This document shows, one piece after another, positions 1-10,310 of a DNA stretch of 24,143 nt (position 1 is the stretch's first letter; every line of letters starts with the position of its first letter). Below the pieces are notes generated by a model. It was not told the origin of the DNA. It ran no database searches and saw only the letters and a program-made list of their open reading frames with translations. The stretch is taken from contig NW_021836491.1 of NCBI RefSeq assembly GCF_006345805.1, positions 1 to 24,143 on the forward strand. The letters are read 5' to 3'. A program made the position numbers and the translations under genes. Source of the DNA: Octopus sinensis. Lineage: Eukaryota.

Positions 1-49
1 ATAATAATAATAATAATAATAATATGTAATAATAATTAATAATAATAAT
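1..49. repeat. (AAT)n microsatellite, also the (ATT)n tail of the adjacent SINE B'
   Basis: Direct reading of the repeat. Confidence 0.95.
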
Positions 50-257
50 TCTTTCTGCTATAGGCACAGGGCCTGGAATTTTGTGGAAGGGGGCTAGATC
101 GACCCTAGTGTTCAACTGGTACTTATTTTATTGACCCCGAAAGGATATAAGAAGTTAAGTCCACCTCGGCGGAATTTGATCTCAGAACGTAAAAACGGAC
201 GGAATACTGCAAAGCATTTTGCTTACCGTGCTAACGGTACTGCCAGTTCGCTGCCTT
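50..257 (-). mobile_element. tRNA-derived SINE B' (B head and core with an alternative 3' tail), diverged
   Basis: Reverse complement aligns by eye to the SINE B head (gagctggcag..cgttagcac; B-box-like gagatcaaattccgccgagg) and core (ggggtcaataaaataagtaccag). The tail differs (..caggccctgtgcctatagcagaaag). Confidence 0.8.
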
Positions 258-338
258 AATAATGATAATAATAATAATGATAATAATAATAATGATGATG
301 ATGATAATAATAATAATAATAATAATAATAATAGTGAT

Positions 339-369
<31 letters not shown>

Positions 370-467
370 GTAATATTAATAATAATAATAATAATAATAA
401 TGATGATAATAATAATAATACTAATAATAGTGATATTAATAATAATAATAATAATAATAATAGTAAT

Positions 468-553
<86 letters not shown>

Positions 554-585
554 TAATAATAATAATACTAATAAAAATAATAATA
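258..585. repeat. (AAT)n microsatellite with GAT/AGT interruptions
   Basis: Direct reading. It explains the poly-N, poly-I and poly-L ORFs. Confidence 0.97.
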
Positions 586-586
586 C

Positions 587-1210
587 GTATGTCAACAACA
601 AAATGAAACCGTTGAGCATGTCTCCAAGTGCAGTCTTCTTGCGCCTACAGAGGATCTCAACAGGCGTGATAGAGCTGCACAATATATTCACTGGGTAATT
701 TTCAAAAATCTGGACCTGCCCAATGATAAAAACTGGTGGGAACACAAGCCACCTCCAGAGCTTGAAAATGATCACATCTCACTCCTCTGGAACTTCACCA
801 TTCAAACTGAGAGAAAGATAGATGCAAATAGGCCAGACATTATTTTGAAAGGCTTCAAACAAAAATCATGCCTCCTCATTGATATAACAGTCCCAATCGA
901 TATAATAATATCTGTTAAGACCTACCAAAAACTGAGCAGGTATAAAGAACTTGAAATAGAAATTGGCAAAATGTGGAACCTGAAGACTAAAAACAATACC
1001 TGTTGTCATAAGTGCCCTGGGAATAATAGAAAAAGGGGCTGGTTGCTACCTAGCTCAGATAACAGGAAATCCTAAAATGGCAGAAATTCGAAAGATAGTG
1101 TTCATGGGAACTGCCCTATCCTACGCAAAATACTTTCTATGTAATCTCAAATTTGAAAACAAACTCTTAATTTTCTTATGGTTTCTTAAACATTCTCTAG
1201 AACAACCAAT
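587..1210 (+). pseudogene. 5'-truncated non-LTR retrotransposon, R4/Dong-like (R2 superfamily) C-terminus: zinc knuckle plus restriction-like endonuclease, then partial 3' UTR
   Basis: Frame from 587 reads VCQQQNETVEHVSKCSLLAP..RDRAAQYIHW..WWEHKP..LLWNFTIQTERKIDANRPDIIL..LLIDITVP..KLSRYKELEIEIGKMW. After a frameshift near 993 it continues TIPVVISALG..KIVFMGTA..LRKILSM* (stop 1142-1144). These are the C-x-ETxxH-xxC and RPD..D..K motifs of RLE elements. Confidence 0.9.
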
Positions 1211-1282
1211 TATTCAGCCAATTATTGGGATTTTTAAGAAAAAAAGAACACCACAAGTTACTTCTGAGAGTAGAAAGAAAAC

Positions 1283-1585
1283 CACAAAAGACTTCTGAGA
1301 ATAGTATTTAACATCAAACTGCAATCCCATACAGCAAACCGTGCTATTTATGATAATTGTCCAAGAGTTAGTTCCATCATAATGGAAAGGAGAGTGGGGT
1401 TCCAAGATCACAGCTATCCTGGAAAAGACGAAATAGTGAATCGAATGCTGATTTGGAACAAACACATGGAAAGCGATCTAATGTCGCCCTGCTAGACATT
1501 TATTAACCAACTGGTTGAAAACTCTGATCTACGGAAGAGCTACCTACGAAAAGTCGACGAAAATCATAGCAGCTATATTGTCCCT
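1283..1585 (+). pseudogene. RTE-clade LINE ORF C-terminal remnant
   Basis: Reads HKRLLRIVFNIKLQSHTANRAIYDNCPRVSSIIMERRVGFQDH..EIVNRMLIW, then with frameshifts HGKRS..RPAR.FINQLVE..EELPT. This matches the RTE pattern LRxxLNIxWxxHxTN..RRLxFAGH..W.PxHGxRxxGRP.TYxDQL. Confidence 0.8.
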
Positions 1586-2193
1586 CAACATGTAGAAACG
1601 GCTGACAAGCATCTCCTTTATAGTAAGCGTCACCGTTTTGAAAAGTGAGACACAAATTTGAGCGTATCGTCGTAGACACTGAGTGTTTACTGGAAAATCT
1701 AACACCAATGCCACGTCTCTGCTCAACAGGTGAAAGGTGAAACATGGAGTTTACTGTTAAATTCAATCAAAATTTGCAAAGAGTTCAAAGAAAATTGTGC
1801 TGTACTAAGAAGATAACCAAAAACGAAATTTAAAAAATATATTACGGAAAGGAAAACAAACAGCATTACAAAGAATTCAGCATTACAAAGAATTAAAGAA
1901 CAAATCTGGAGAAAAGTGGAGAATTCCCTCCTGACAAAAAAGAAATACTTTGAAGAAAAAATATTTGGCAAGTAGTGAAAAAAAACAAAAAAACAAGCGA
2001 CCTAAAAGAAAATGAAATAATCAGCAGAACAAAAGAATTATTGAACGATGTTCTTCTACAGAAGTGGAAAGATATAAGGGCAGACGATCGACATAAATAG
2101 AAACCATATGAGAGAAATAAATGGTGAGTGGAATCCGTCTGTAACAAAGAAATGCGAGAAAAAAGTGGATAACAACACCTACATGTGTTTTAC

Positions 2194-2194
<1 letters not shown>

Positions 2195-2226
<32 letters not shown>

Positions 2227-2335
2227 ATGGTAAAGAGAGAGGAATATATGTACATACACTTAGATGCACACAAGCATACACACACGCATGGGCACACGCA
2301 CACTTACAAACATACGTGCACGCATACGCACGCAA
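2195..2335. repeat. (GA)n and (CA)-rich microsatellites
   Basis: Direct reading. Confidence 0.9.
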
Positions 2336-2410
2336 GCAAATGAACGTGGAACGAATGAGTTCGTAAAATCAAAAGTCGTCCATCTTAAATAGCTGAATGA
2401 CTGTCTAGCG

Positions 2411-2490
2411 AGATGGTCACAACTGGAAGATCTTTGTTCATGGGTCTACTGTATCAGGGGCTGAGCGGGGGTTTAAATGACAATAACAAC
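2411..2490 (+). mobile_element. Retroposon 3'-end fragment (family D), copy 1
   Basis: gatggtcacaactggaagatctttgttcatgggtct.. ends in an (AAC)-like tail and is similar to 2918-2985. Confidence 0.5.
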
Positions 2491-2508
2491 AAATCCTCTC
2501 TTAGTACC

Positions 2509-2740
2509 TGTTTCTTTATTACCCACAAGGGGCTAAACACAGTGAGGTCAAACAAGGACAGACAAACGGATCAAGTCGATTACATCGACCCCAGTGCGTA
2601 ACTGATACTTAATTTATCGACCTCGAAAGGATGAAAGGCAAAGTCGACCTCGGCGGAATTTTGAACTCGGAACGTAACGGCAGACGAAATACGGCTACGC
2701 ATTTCGCCCAGCGTGCTAACGTTTCTGCTAGCTCGCCGCC
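2509..2740 (-). mobile_element. SINE B, full-length monomer
   Basis: Complete head-core-tail. Flanking direct repeat ctcttagtacc (2498-2508) / ctcctagtacc (2740-2750) is a TSD with one mismatch. Confidence 0.92.
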
Positions 2741-2917
2741 TCCTAGTACCATCGGCACGAGCCAATGAAGAAGTCTGTACGTGATTCCTAGACTTACTAG
2801 ATAAAGTAACTAAGTCTGTCTGTCTGTGTGTCTCTCTCTCTAATCAGATGCAACATATTTGCAGAAGACGCATTAGATCTTGTGGTTCTCGGTTTCTTGC
2901 ACATAGGTAACAAATAG

Positions 2918-2985
2918 GATGGTCACGGCTGGAGAGCCTTCGACTATAAGTCTGTTCAATCACCGTGGATCTGGTAGTAACAAAA
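2918..2985 (+). mobile_element. Retroposon 3'-end fragment (family D), copy 2
   Basis: ggatggtcacggctggagagccttcgactataagtctgttcaatca is similar to 2411-2490. Confidence 0.45.
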
Positions 2986-2999
2986 CCACCATCACTAAA

Positions 3000-3445
3000 C
3001 ACACAACCACCACCACCACCACCGTCACCCCCCAAAAAAACAACAACAACAACTACTACTCTACTACTACTACTACTACTACTAATAATAATAATAATAA
3101 TAATGATAATAATAATAATAATAATAATAATACTGTACCAGCCATAAGAGCACCACCACCACTAAGACAATCGTTACTACTACTACTACTACTACTACTA
3201 CTATAAGAGCCATAATCTCACCACCGCCACCACCACCACCAACACAATCGTTACTACTACTACTACTATCACTACTACTGCTGCTGCTACTACTACTACT
3301 ACTGCTGCTGCTACTACTACTACTACTGTAACAGCCATAAGAGCACTACCACAACTAAGACAATCGTTACTACTACTACTTCTACTACTACTACTGTAAC
3401 AGCCATAAGATCACCACCACAACAACACAATCGTTACTACTACTG

Positions 3446-3493
<48 letters not shown>

Positions 3494-3520
3494 TTGCTAC
3501 TGCTACTGCTCTGCTGTTGT
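3000..3520. repeat. Compound (CAC/ACT/AAT)n microsatellite containing a 4-unit minisatellite
   Basis: The unit ..agccataag..caatcgttactac starts near 3133, 3203, 3326 and 3394. Confidence 0.9.
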
Positions 3521-4002
3521 TGTTGGTGTTAGAGGAATTAACTTGAACGCTGCTACCTGTTCGATTTAAAATTAGCTGCCAATTACAGTCTTTAAAAGAA
3601 AATTTGGAAGACACATTGGCTGAGGCGGTTGTGGAGAGAATGTCGCTGAATAAAAGTTGGGATGGTCACATCAGTAATGGAATTTCTATTTTTATAGAAT
3701 TTGTTGAATGGAGTTCAGTTCTAACTAAACAGCAAAACCATTTCCAACGAAGACAACAGAACCTGACAGCATTCAAGTGAATGCTCGCCATTTTACTGTC
3801 AGTAATCCAAATCGTTGACGGAGAAATGGTACACAATTACAAATACAAACGCAATTACAAATACAAATGCAGCGGAATGCATATAGGCACACGTACACAC
3901 ACGCACGCACAGACGCACACACACACACACACACAGACACATATATACACACACACGCACATGTACACATATACGCACACATACTCACACACGCACACTT
4001 AT

Positions 4003-5217
4003 CTATTTCTTTACTGCCCATAAGGGGCTAAGCACAGAGGAGACAAACAAGGATAGACAAACGGATTAAGTTTGATTATATCGACCCCAGTGCATAACTG
4101 GTACTTATTTTATCGACCACGAAAGGATGAAAGGCAAAGTCGACCACGGCGGAATTTGAACTCAGAACGTAACGGCAGACGAAATACCTATTTCTTTACT
4201 GCCCACAAGGGGCTAAACACAGAGGGGACAAAAACAAGGACAGACAAACGGATAAGTCGATTATATCGCCCCAGTGCGTAACTGGTACTTATTTAATCGA
4301 CACCGAAGGATGAAAGGCAAAGTCGACCTCGGCGGAATTTGAACTCAGAACGTAACGGCAGACGAAATACCTATTTCTTTACTGCCCACAAGGGGCTAAA
4401 TACAGAGGGGACAAACAAGGACAGACAAACGGATTAAGTCGATTATATCGACCCCAGTGCGTAACTGGTACTTATTTAATCGACCCCGAAAGGATGAAAG
4501 GCAAAGTCGACCTCGGCGGAATTTGAACTCAGAATGTAAAGACAGACGGAATACCTATTTCTTTACAAGCAGATCACAGTGCACAACATACAGCACCCTA
4601 AAAGCAATAAGTCGATTATATCGACCCCAGTGCGTAACTGGTACATATTTAATCGACCCCGAAAGGATGAAAGGCAAAGTCGACCTCGGCGGAATTTGAA
4701 CTCAGAACGTAACGGCAGACGAAATACGGCTACGCATTTCGCCCGGCGAGCTAACGTTTCTTATTTCTTTACTGCCCACAAGGGGCTAAACACACAGGGC
4801 ATAAACAAGGACAGACAGACAAAGGGATTAAGTCGATTATATCGACCACCCTGCGTAACTGGTACTTAATTAATCGACTCCGAAAGGATGAAAGGCAAAA
4901 TCGACCTCGGCAGAATTTGAACTCAGAACGTAACGGCAGACGAAATACGGCTACGCATTTCGCCCGGCGAGCTAACGTTTCTTATTTCTTTACTGCCCAC
5001 AAGGGGCTAAACACACAGGGCATAAACAAGGACAGACAGACAAAGGGATTAAGTCGATTATATCGACCACCCTGCGTAACTGGTACTTAATTAATCGACT
5101 CCGAAAGGATGAAAGGCAAAATCGACCTCGGCAGAATTTGAACTCAGAACGTAACGGCAGACGAAATACGGCTACGCATTTCGCCAGGCGTGCTAACGTT
5201 TCTGCCAGCTCGTCGCC
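4003..5217 (-). mobile_element. Head-to-tail array of six SINE B units; only the rightmost has a complete head
   Basis: Units start at 4003, 4188, 4372, 4555, 4761 and 4982. A perfect 15-bp direct repeat CACACGCACACTTAT lies at 3988-4002 and 5221-5235. Confidence 0.95.
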
Positions 5218-5402
5218 TTTCACACGCACACTTATATGCACAAGCATACGTAGTCATATACAGACAAAACAGGATTTAAGTAGGAACATCTTTCATTCTA
5301 TGCCTTTCAGGCATGTACAAGTATTTACGTACGTATGTATTTACGCATGCGTATATGTATAGGTATATTTTTTTATATTTATAGAAATGTATATAAAGAC
5401 GT

Positions 5403-5815
5403 AGGAGTGGCTGTGTGGTAAGTAGCTTGCTTACGAACCACATGGTTCCGGGTTCAGTCCCACTGCGTGGCACCTTGGGCAAGTGTCTTCTACTATAGCC
5501 TCGGGCCGACCAAAGCCTTGAGTGGATTTGGTAGACGGAAACTGAAAGAAGCGCGTCGTATATATGTATATATATGTGTGTGTATGTGTATATGTTTGTG
5601 TGTCTGTGTTTGTCCCTCCCCAACATCGCTTGACAACCAATGCTGGTATGTTTACGTCCCCGTAACTTAGCGGTTCGGCAAAAGAGACCGATAGAATATG
5701 TACTAGGTTTACAAAAAATAAGTCCTGGAGTCGATTTGCTCGACAAAAAAGGTGGTGCTCCAGCATGGCCACAGTCAAACGACTGAAACAAGTAAAAAAG
5801 TAAAGAATAAAGAGT
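5403..5815 (+). mobile_element. SINE A (tRNA head, CORE-like segment, internal TA/TG microsatellite, (GTAAAAGA)-type tail), full length
   Basis: Head aggagtggctgtgtggtaag with B-box-like gggttcagtccc, and the CORE-SINE-like motif accttgggcaagtgtctt. Many near-identical copies occur in the window. Octopus OR-type SINEs are the likely known equivalents (not verified). Confidence 0.92.
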
Positions 5816-5857
5816 GTATGTGTGTGTGTTGTTAAAGTTCTGTTTGTTCGACTATAC

Positions 5858-6350
5858 CAGTGGTTCTCAACTGGGATTCATACCAATCTTAGGGTTCGAT
5901 ATAAGGTTCTATTGCTAAAACTTGTTTGTTCATTCCCAAGCCACGCCTGGCTCTTAAGGGCCGGTTTCCCGGTTTCCTTGGCGTATAGGTTCCCCACCTG
6001 GACGGGGCGCCGGTCCGTCGCAGGTGAGCTGCAAGATGCAGGAGGAAAGAGTCAGAGAAAGTCGTGGCGAAAGAGTCAGCAGAAGTTTCGGCATTACATT
6101 CTGCCGGTGCCGCGTGGAGCTTAGGTGTTTCGCTCATAGATACACACATCACCCGGTCTAAGATTCGAACCCTCGATACCTCGAATGCGAGTCCGCTGCT
6201 CTAACCACTTGGCCATGTGCCTCCATTGTTAAAACTAATGCGCAAGAAATTGGTTATTCTTTTACAATACACAAGAGAATTTAACATTTATCTTTATACA
6301 ATTCTTTAAAATATTCAAATGATTTAAATATAATACGAGTTTTTTAAAAT
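5858..6350 (+). mobile_element. Probable hAT (Charlie-type) DNA transposon or MITE left-end fragment, interrupted by SINE C
   Basis: CAGTGGTTCTCAAC at 5858-5871 matches the hAT-Charlie TIR consensus. No right TIR was found, and the extent beyond the SINE is a guess. Confidence 0.4.
5922..6224 (-). mobile_element. SINE C, tRNA-derived, full length
   Basis: Reverse complement head ggaggcacatggccaagtggttagagcagcgg..gggttcgaatct has clear A and B boxes. TSD is attgctaaaac (5911-5921) / attgttaaaac (6225-6235). A second copy lies at 16348-16649. Confidence 0.93.
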
Positions 6351-6359
6351 ATGTATCAG

Positions 6360-6500
6360 CTACGTCGAATGAGTTGCGTAAAATAAGAATCAAATCGATC
6401 TACAGGTATAAAAGAAAAATGGCTGACAAACACGAGACTAAAGGCGATGCCCCAGTATGGCAGCAGCTCACTGAATGGAACAAGTAAAAGATAAAAAGGA
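6360..6500 (+). mobile_element. Old degenerate SINE A-like 3' half
   Basis: gactaaaggcgatgccccagtatggcagcagc..aacaagtaaaagata resembles the SINE A tail. Confidence 0.55.
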
Positions 6501-6716
6501 AAACGTATCTGTGAATTATAGAGTAAGTTATAATACAATTTTTTTTTGTTTTCTGTAGAATTTTGTTTTATAAATTTGAAATTGTCTGATTTTATATTGT
6601 ATAACATCTTTTAACGTTTGTGTATCTTTCTCTGTTAAACCAGCCCACGCGTCGTTGTAAACGATCCGTTTTAACCGTTTCTTTGTATTTTGCTTTTCTG
6701 TATTGCTCCGAGCTCT

Positions 6717-6875
6717 TCGTCATCATCATCATCATCACCATCATCATCATCAACATCATCATCAGCAGCAGCATCATCAGCATCGTCACCATCATTGTCG
6801 TCGTCATCGTCATTATCATCATCATCGTCGTCATCATCATCTTCGTCAACATCATCATCATCATCATCACCTTGG

Positions 6876-6912
<37 letters not shown>

Positions 6913-6940
6913 AAGCAAGGTCATTGTTATCATTATCATT

Positions 6941-6971
<31 letters not shown>

Positions 6972-7470
6972 ACATCATCGTCACCAACATTATCATCATC
7001 ATCATCATCATCATCATCGTCGTCGTCGTCATCATCGTCATCATCATCATCATCATCGTCATTATTATCATCATCATCATCATCGTCATCATTATCAGCA
7101 TCATCATCATCGTCGTCGTCGTCGTCATCATCATCATCATCATTGGCATCATCTCAAATACAAATGCTAGCCCTTTCAAAACAAGCATAAACAATTTATA
7201 CACCATATGAAGAAAATTATCCGCCATCACCACCACCACCAGCACCACCACCACCAACAACAACAACAACAACACCGCCACCACCACCATCACCACACGA
7301 ACAAGAACAACAACAACAAGACAATACATCATCGACAAACCAAGAATACACAGCAAACACACACACACCACACACCCAAACACACACCCAAACACACACC
7401 CACACACACACTCCCTCTTTCACACATACACACCCACCCACACAGACACAAGCATACATATGGACATATA
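6717..7470. repeat. Degenerate (CAT)n tract, then (CAC/CAA)n and (CA)n
   Basis: Direct reading. It explains the poly-H, poly-S, poly-I and poly-M ORFs. Confidence 0.95.
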
Positions 7471-7639
7471 TTTTCTTCATTTGCTCATATTCTATAAGGC
7501 TTTGTCGCTTGAATATTCCCTCTCCATATTTTATTTTAATGTTCAACTTGAAACGTGACACGAATTCGAAATGAAAATATTTACAATATAATATTTAAAG
7601 ATAAGGTAAATAACGCTTTTAAAACATGTACACACATGT

Positions 7640-8217
7640 ACAGCCATTCAAAAAAACACACACACACACACACATACACACACATAAACACACGACAAAC
7701 ACACATAGACTTATACAGACATATACACAGATCTCTGCTCATACGCAAACTCATAAACTCATAAACTCATAAACTCACATATGTGTGTATGTGCTTCTGT
7801 GCTTCTGTATATTTCTGTGTGTGTGTGTTGTGTGTGTGTGTTTGTTTGTGTGTGTGTGTACGTGTGTGTGTGTGTGTGTGTGTTGTGTGTGTGTGTGTAT
7901 GTGTGTGTGTGTGCGTGTATACATAAGCTAGAAAATGTATAGCCAGTATTCAGAATATTCAACACACACACGCGCACACATTCACAAACACACAGCCGCA
8001 CGCACATTTTTACATCATCCATACTTACACACACATAACTAGTGTATTATATATATATAATATATACACTTAGATATTATACATACACATATACACACAC
8101 AATATATATACATAATATATATACAAACATCTTGATATATGCATATATATATATATATAATCTACAGGTGTATACATGCATATATATATATATATATATA
8201 CATACATACATCTTGTG

Positions 8218-8251
<34 letters not shown>

Positions 8252-8480
8252 ATATATAATATAATATATGTATATGTATTATCCAGGTGTGACTATGTAC
8301 AACTCATAAATATATTATGCGCACACGCACAAATGCACCTGTGTGTATGTGTGTGTGTACATGTGTGCGTCAGTTTGTGAGTGTGTGTGGTATGTCTGTG
8401 GTGTGTATGAGCGTATGTGCGTATGTGTGTGTGTGTGAGGTGTGTCAGTTATGTGTGCGTGTATATGTGTATGTGTGTAT
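7640..8480. repeat. (CA)n, (TG)n and (TA)n microsatellite mosaic
   Basis: Direct reading. Confidence 0.93.
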
Positions 8481-8667
8481 TCGTGAGGTATGGTTTACTG
8501 ACAGATTTTTAATCCTTTGTTTTTTAAATCTATGTTAAGGCTATTTGAATCTTTTAAAATATCAAGGGCTACACTTAATATTCTTTCAGATTCACCTACG
8601 CACAAATATAGGGGCAACGATGCCAACAACAACAACAGCAACAACAAAAATAACATCATTATCAGAA

Positions 8668-8813
8668 GTGGTGAGCTGGCAGAATCGTTAGCACACCGGG
8701 CGAAATGCTTAGCGGTATTTCGTCTGCCGTTTCGTTCTGTGTTCAAATTCCGCCGGGGTCGACTTTGCCTTTCATCCTTTCGGGATCGGTATATTAAGTA
8801 CCAGTTACGCGCT

Positions 8814-8815
<2 letters not shown>
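8668..8815 (+). mobile_element. SINE B, 3'-truncated at a (TA)n tract
   Basis: Head and core are present up to gtaccagttacgcgctgg. Confidence 0.88.
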
Positions 8816-8850
<35 letters not shown>

Positions 8851-8853
<3 letters not shown>

Positions 8854-9030
8854 GCCCCTACACATTCTTTTCTCTCCTTGTTTCTTTCTGTTTCCTTTCT
8901 GTGAAAGAGCGTAGGCTCGAAACGTTAAAGACTTTTTCACTTCCCGAGCGTTACTCTAATACGTCTGTTTGTTGTCTACACCACCTGTCTTTTGTTTTTT
9001 GTTTTTTTGTGTGTTTGAATTCTCCCTCTG
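8851..9030 (+). mobile_element. Short (TA)n-flanked cassette, Penelope pseudo-LTR-like, with a decayed minimal hammerhead
   Basis: cttt-CTGTGAA-A-GAGC-gtag-GCTC-GAAACGTT-aaag at 8895-8930. Confidence 0.5.
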
Positions 9031-9654
9031 TATATATATATATATATATCAAAGCAGCAGAAAATTCAACAAAACCTGTTACTCTGAGTTTACACACACA
9101 TTCACATCTACACACACTCGTATACACATCAATATTAAGGTGCATCTGTAAAAAAAAACGAAGAAAATGACTGAAGGAATTTTTGCTGCAGGTCTGCCAT
9201 GAAATTCTTCTTCTTTTTTTCCTGCATATACTTAACTGGCTGTTATTCATTTTTGCGATTGTTTTTTTTTTTTAATTTATCTATTTATTTTTAATTCCTT
9301 TCCTGTTGTTATTGGATACGAATGAGCGGGCAATGTAGTTCTTTGAATGATATCATAAATCAATGTGAGCTAATAATTTGATATCCAAATGCTTGGTCGT
9401 GAATACCATATGTTCCTGCAGACAATGGATGGCACCAGTTTGCCGAAATATGTTTCTTTTTTGGGGGGGAGGGTGGGGGTCAAAGGGGGTGGGGGAGATT
9501 GTGGTTGCTGTCGTTACTCTTGTTGTATTTTGCTTGTATTTTTTTAAAAATATATTGCTTCGTTTTTGAATTGTACTTCATTCATAAGGGCTATTCTTTG
9601 TTTCGTTTTTGTTTTTATTTTGCTTTTTCTTTCGTTTTCTTTTAAATGATTGTG

Positions 9655-9686
<32 letters not shown>

Positions 9687-10310
9687 GTGATGGTGATGGT
9701 GGTGGATGTGGTGGTGTTGGTGGTGGTGGTGGTGGTTGTGGTGATTGCGGTTGTGGTCCTGGTGGTAGTGGTGGTATTGGTGGTTGTGGTTGTGGTCCTG
9801 GTGGTGGTGGTGGTGGTGGTGGTATTGGTGGTTGTGCTTGTGGTTGTGGTGGTGGTGGAGGTGGTGGTGGTTGTGGTGGTGGTGTTGGTATTGGTGGTGG
9901 TGGTTGTGGTGATTGTGGTTGTGGTGGTGATGGTGGTTGTGGTTGTGGTCCTGGTGGTGGTGGTGGTGGTATTGGTGGTTGTGCTTGTGGTTGTGGTGGT
10001 GGTGGAGGTGGTGGTGGTGGTTGTGGTGGTGGTGTTGGTATTGGTGGTGGTGGTGGTTGTGGTGATAGTGGTTGTGGTGGTGATGGTGGTATTGGTGGTT
10101 GTGGTTGTGGTGGTGATGGTGATGGTCGTGGTGGTTGTGGTGGTGGTGGTTGTGGTGGTGGTATTGGTGGTTGTAGTGGTAATAGTGGTGGTGGTGGTGG
10201 TTGTGGTTGTGGTGGTGATGTGATGGTGGTGTTGGATGGTTGTAGTAGTGGTGGTGGTGATGCTGATGGTGGTGGTGGTGGTAGTGGTAGTGGTGGTTGT
10301 GGTGATATTG
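9655..10310. repeat. Complex (GGT/TGT/GAT)n tract with an internal duplication
   Basis: Direct reading. The segment ggtcctggtggt..tgtgcttgtggt..ggtgttggtatt occurs twice (~9793-9910 and ~9945-10065). Confidence 0.93.

Noticed and set aside
1690-2130. A-rich segment with a good acceptor at 2060 and a GTGAGT donor at 2125
   Set aside because: All three frames between the two sites contain stops, and no domain is recognised.
3547-3780. ~77-codon open frame (SLKENLEDTLAEAVVERMSLNKSWDGH..) with possible acceptors
   Set aside because: The peptide is not recognisable, the donor (GTGAAT) is weak, and the length is compatible with chance.
5922-6224. SINE heads (A, B, C) as tRNA genes
   Set aside because: A and B boxes are present, but no complete cloverleaf could be folded, and each head continues into a repeated SINE body.
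9198-9290. Signal-peptide-like MKFFFFFSCIYLTGCYS
   Set aside because: The hydrophobicity comes from T-rich sequence, and there is no credible donor or continuation.
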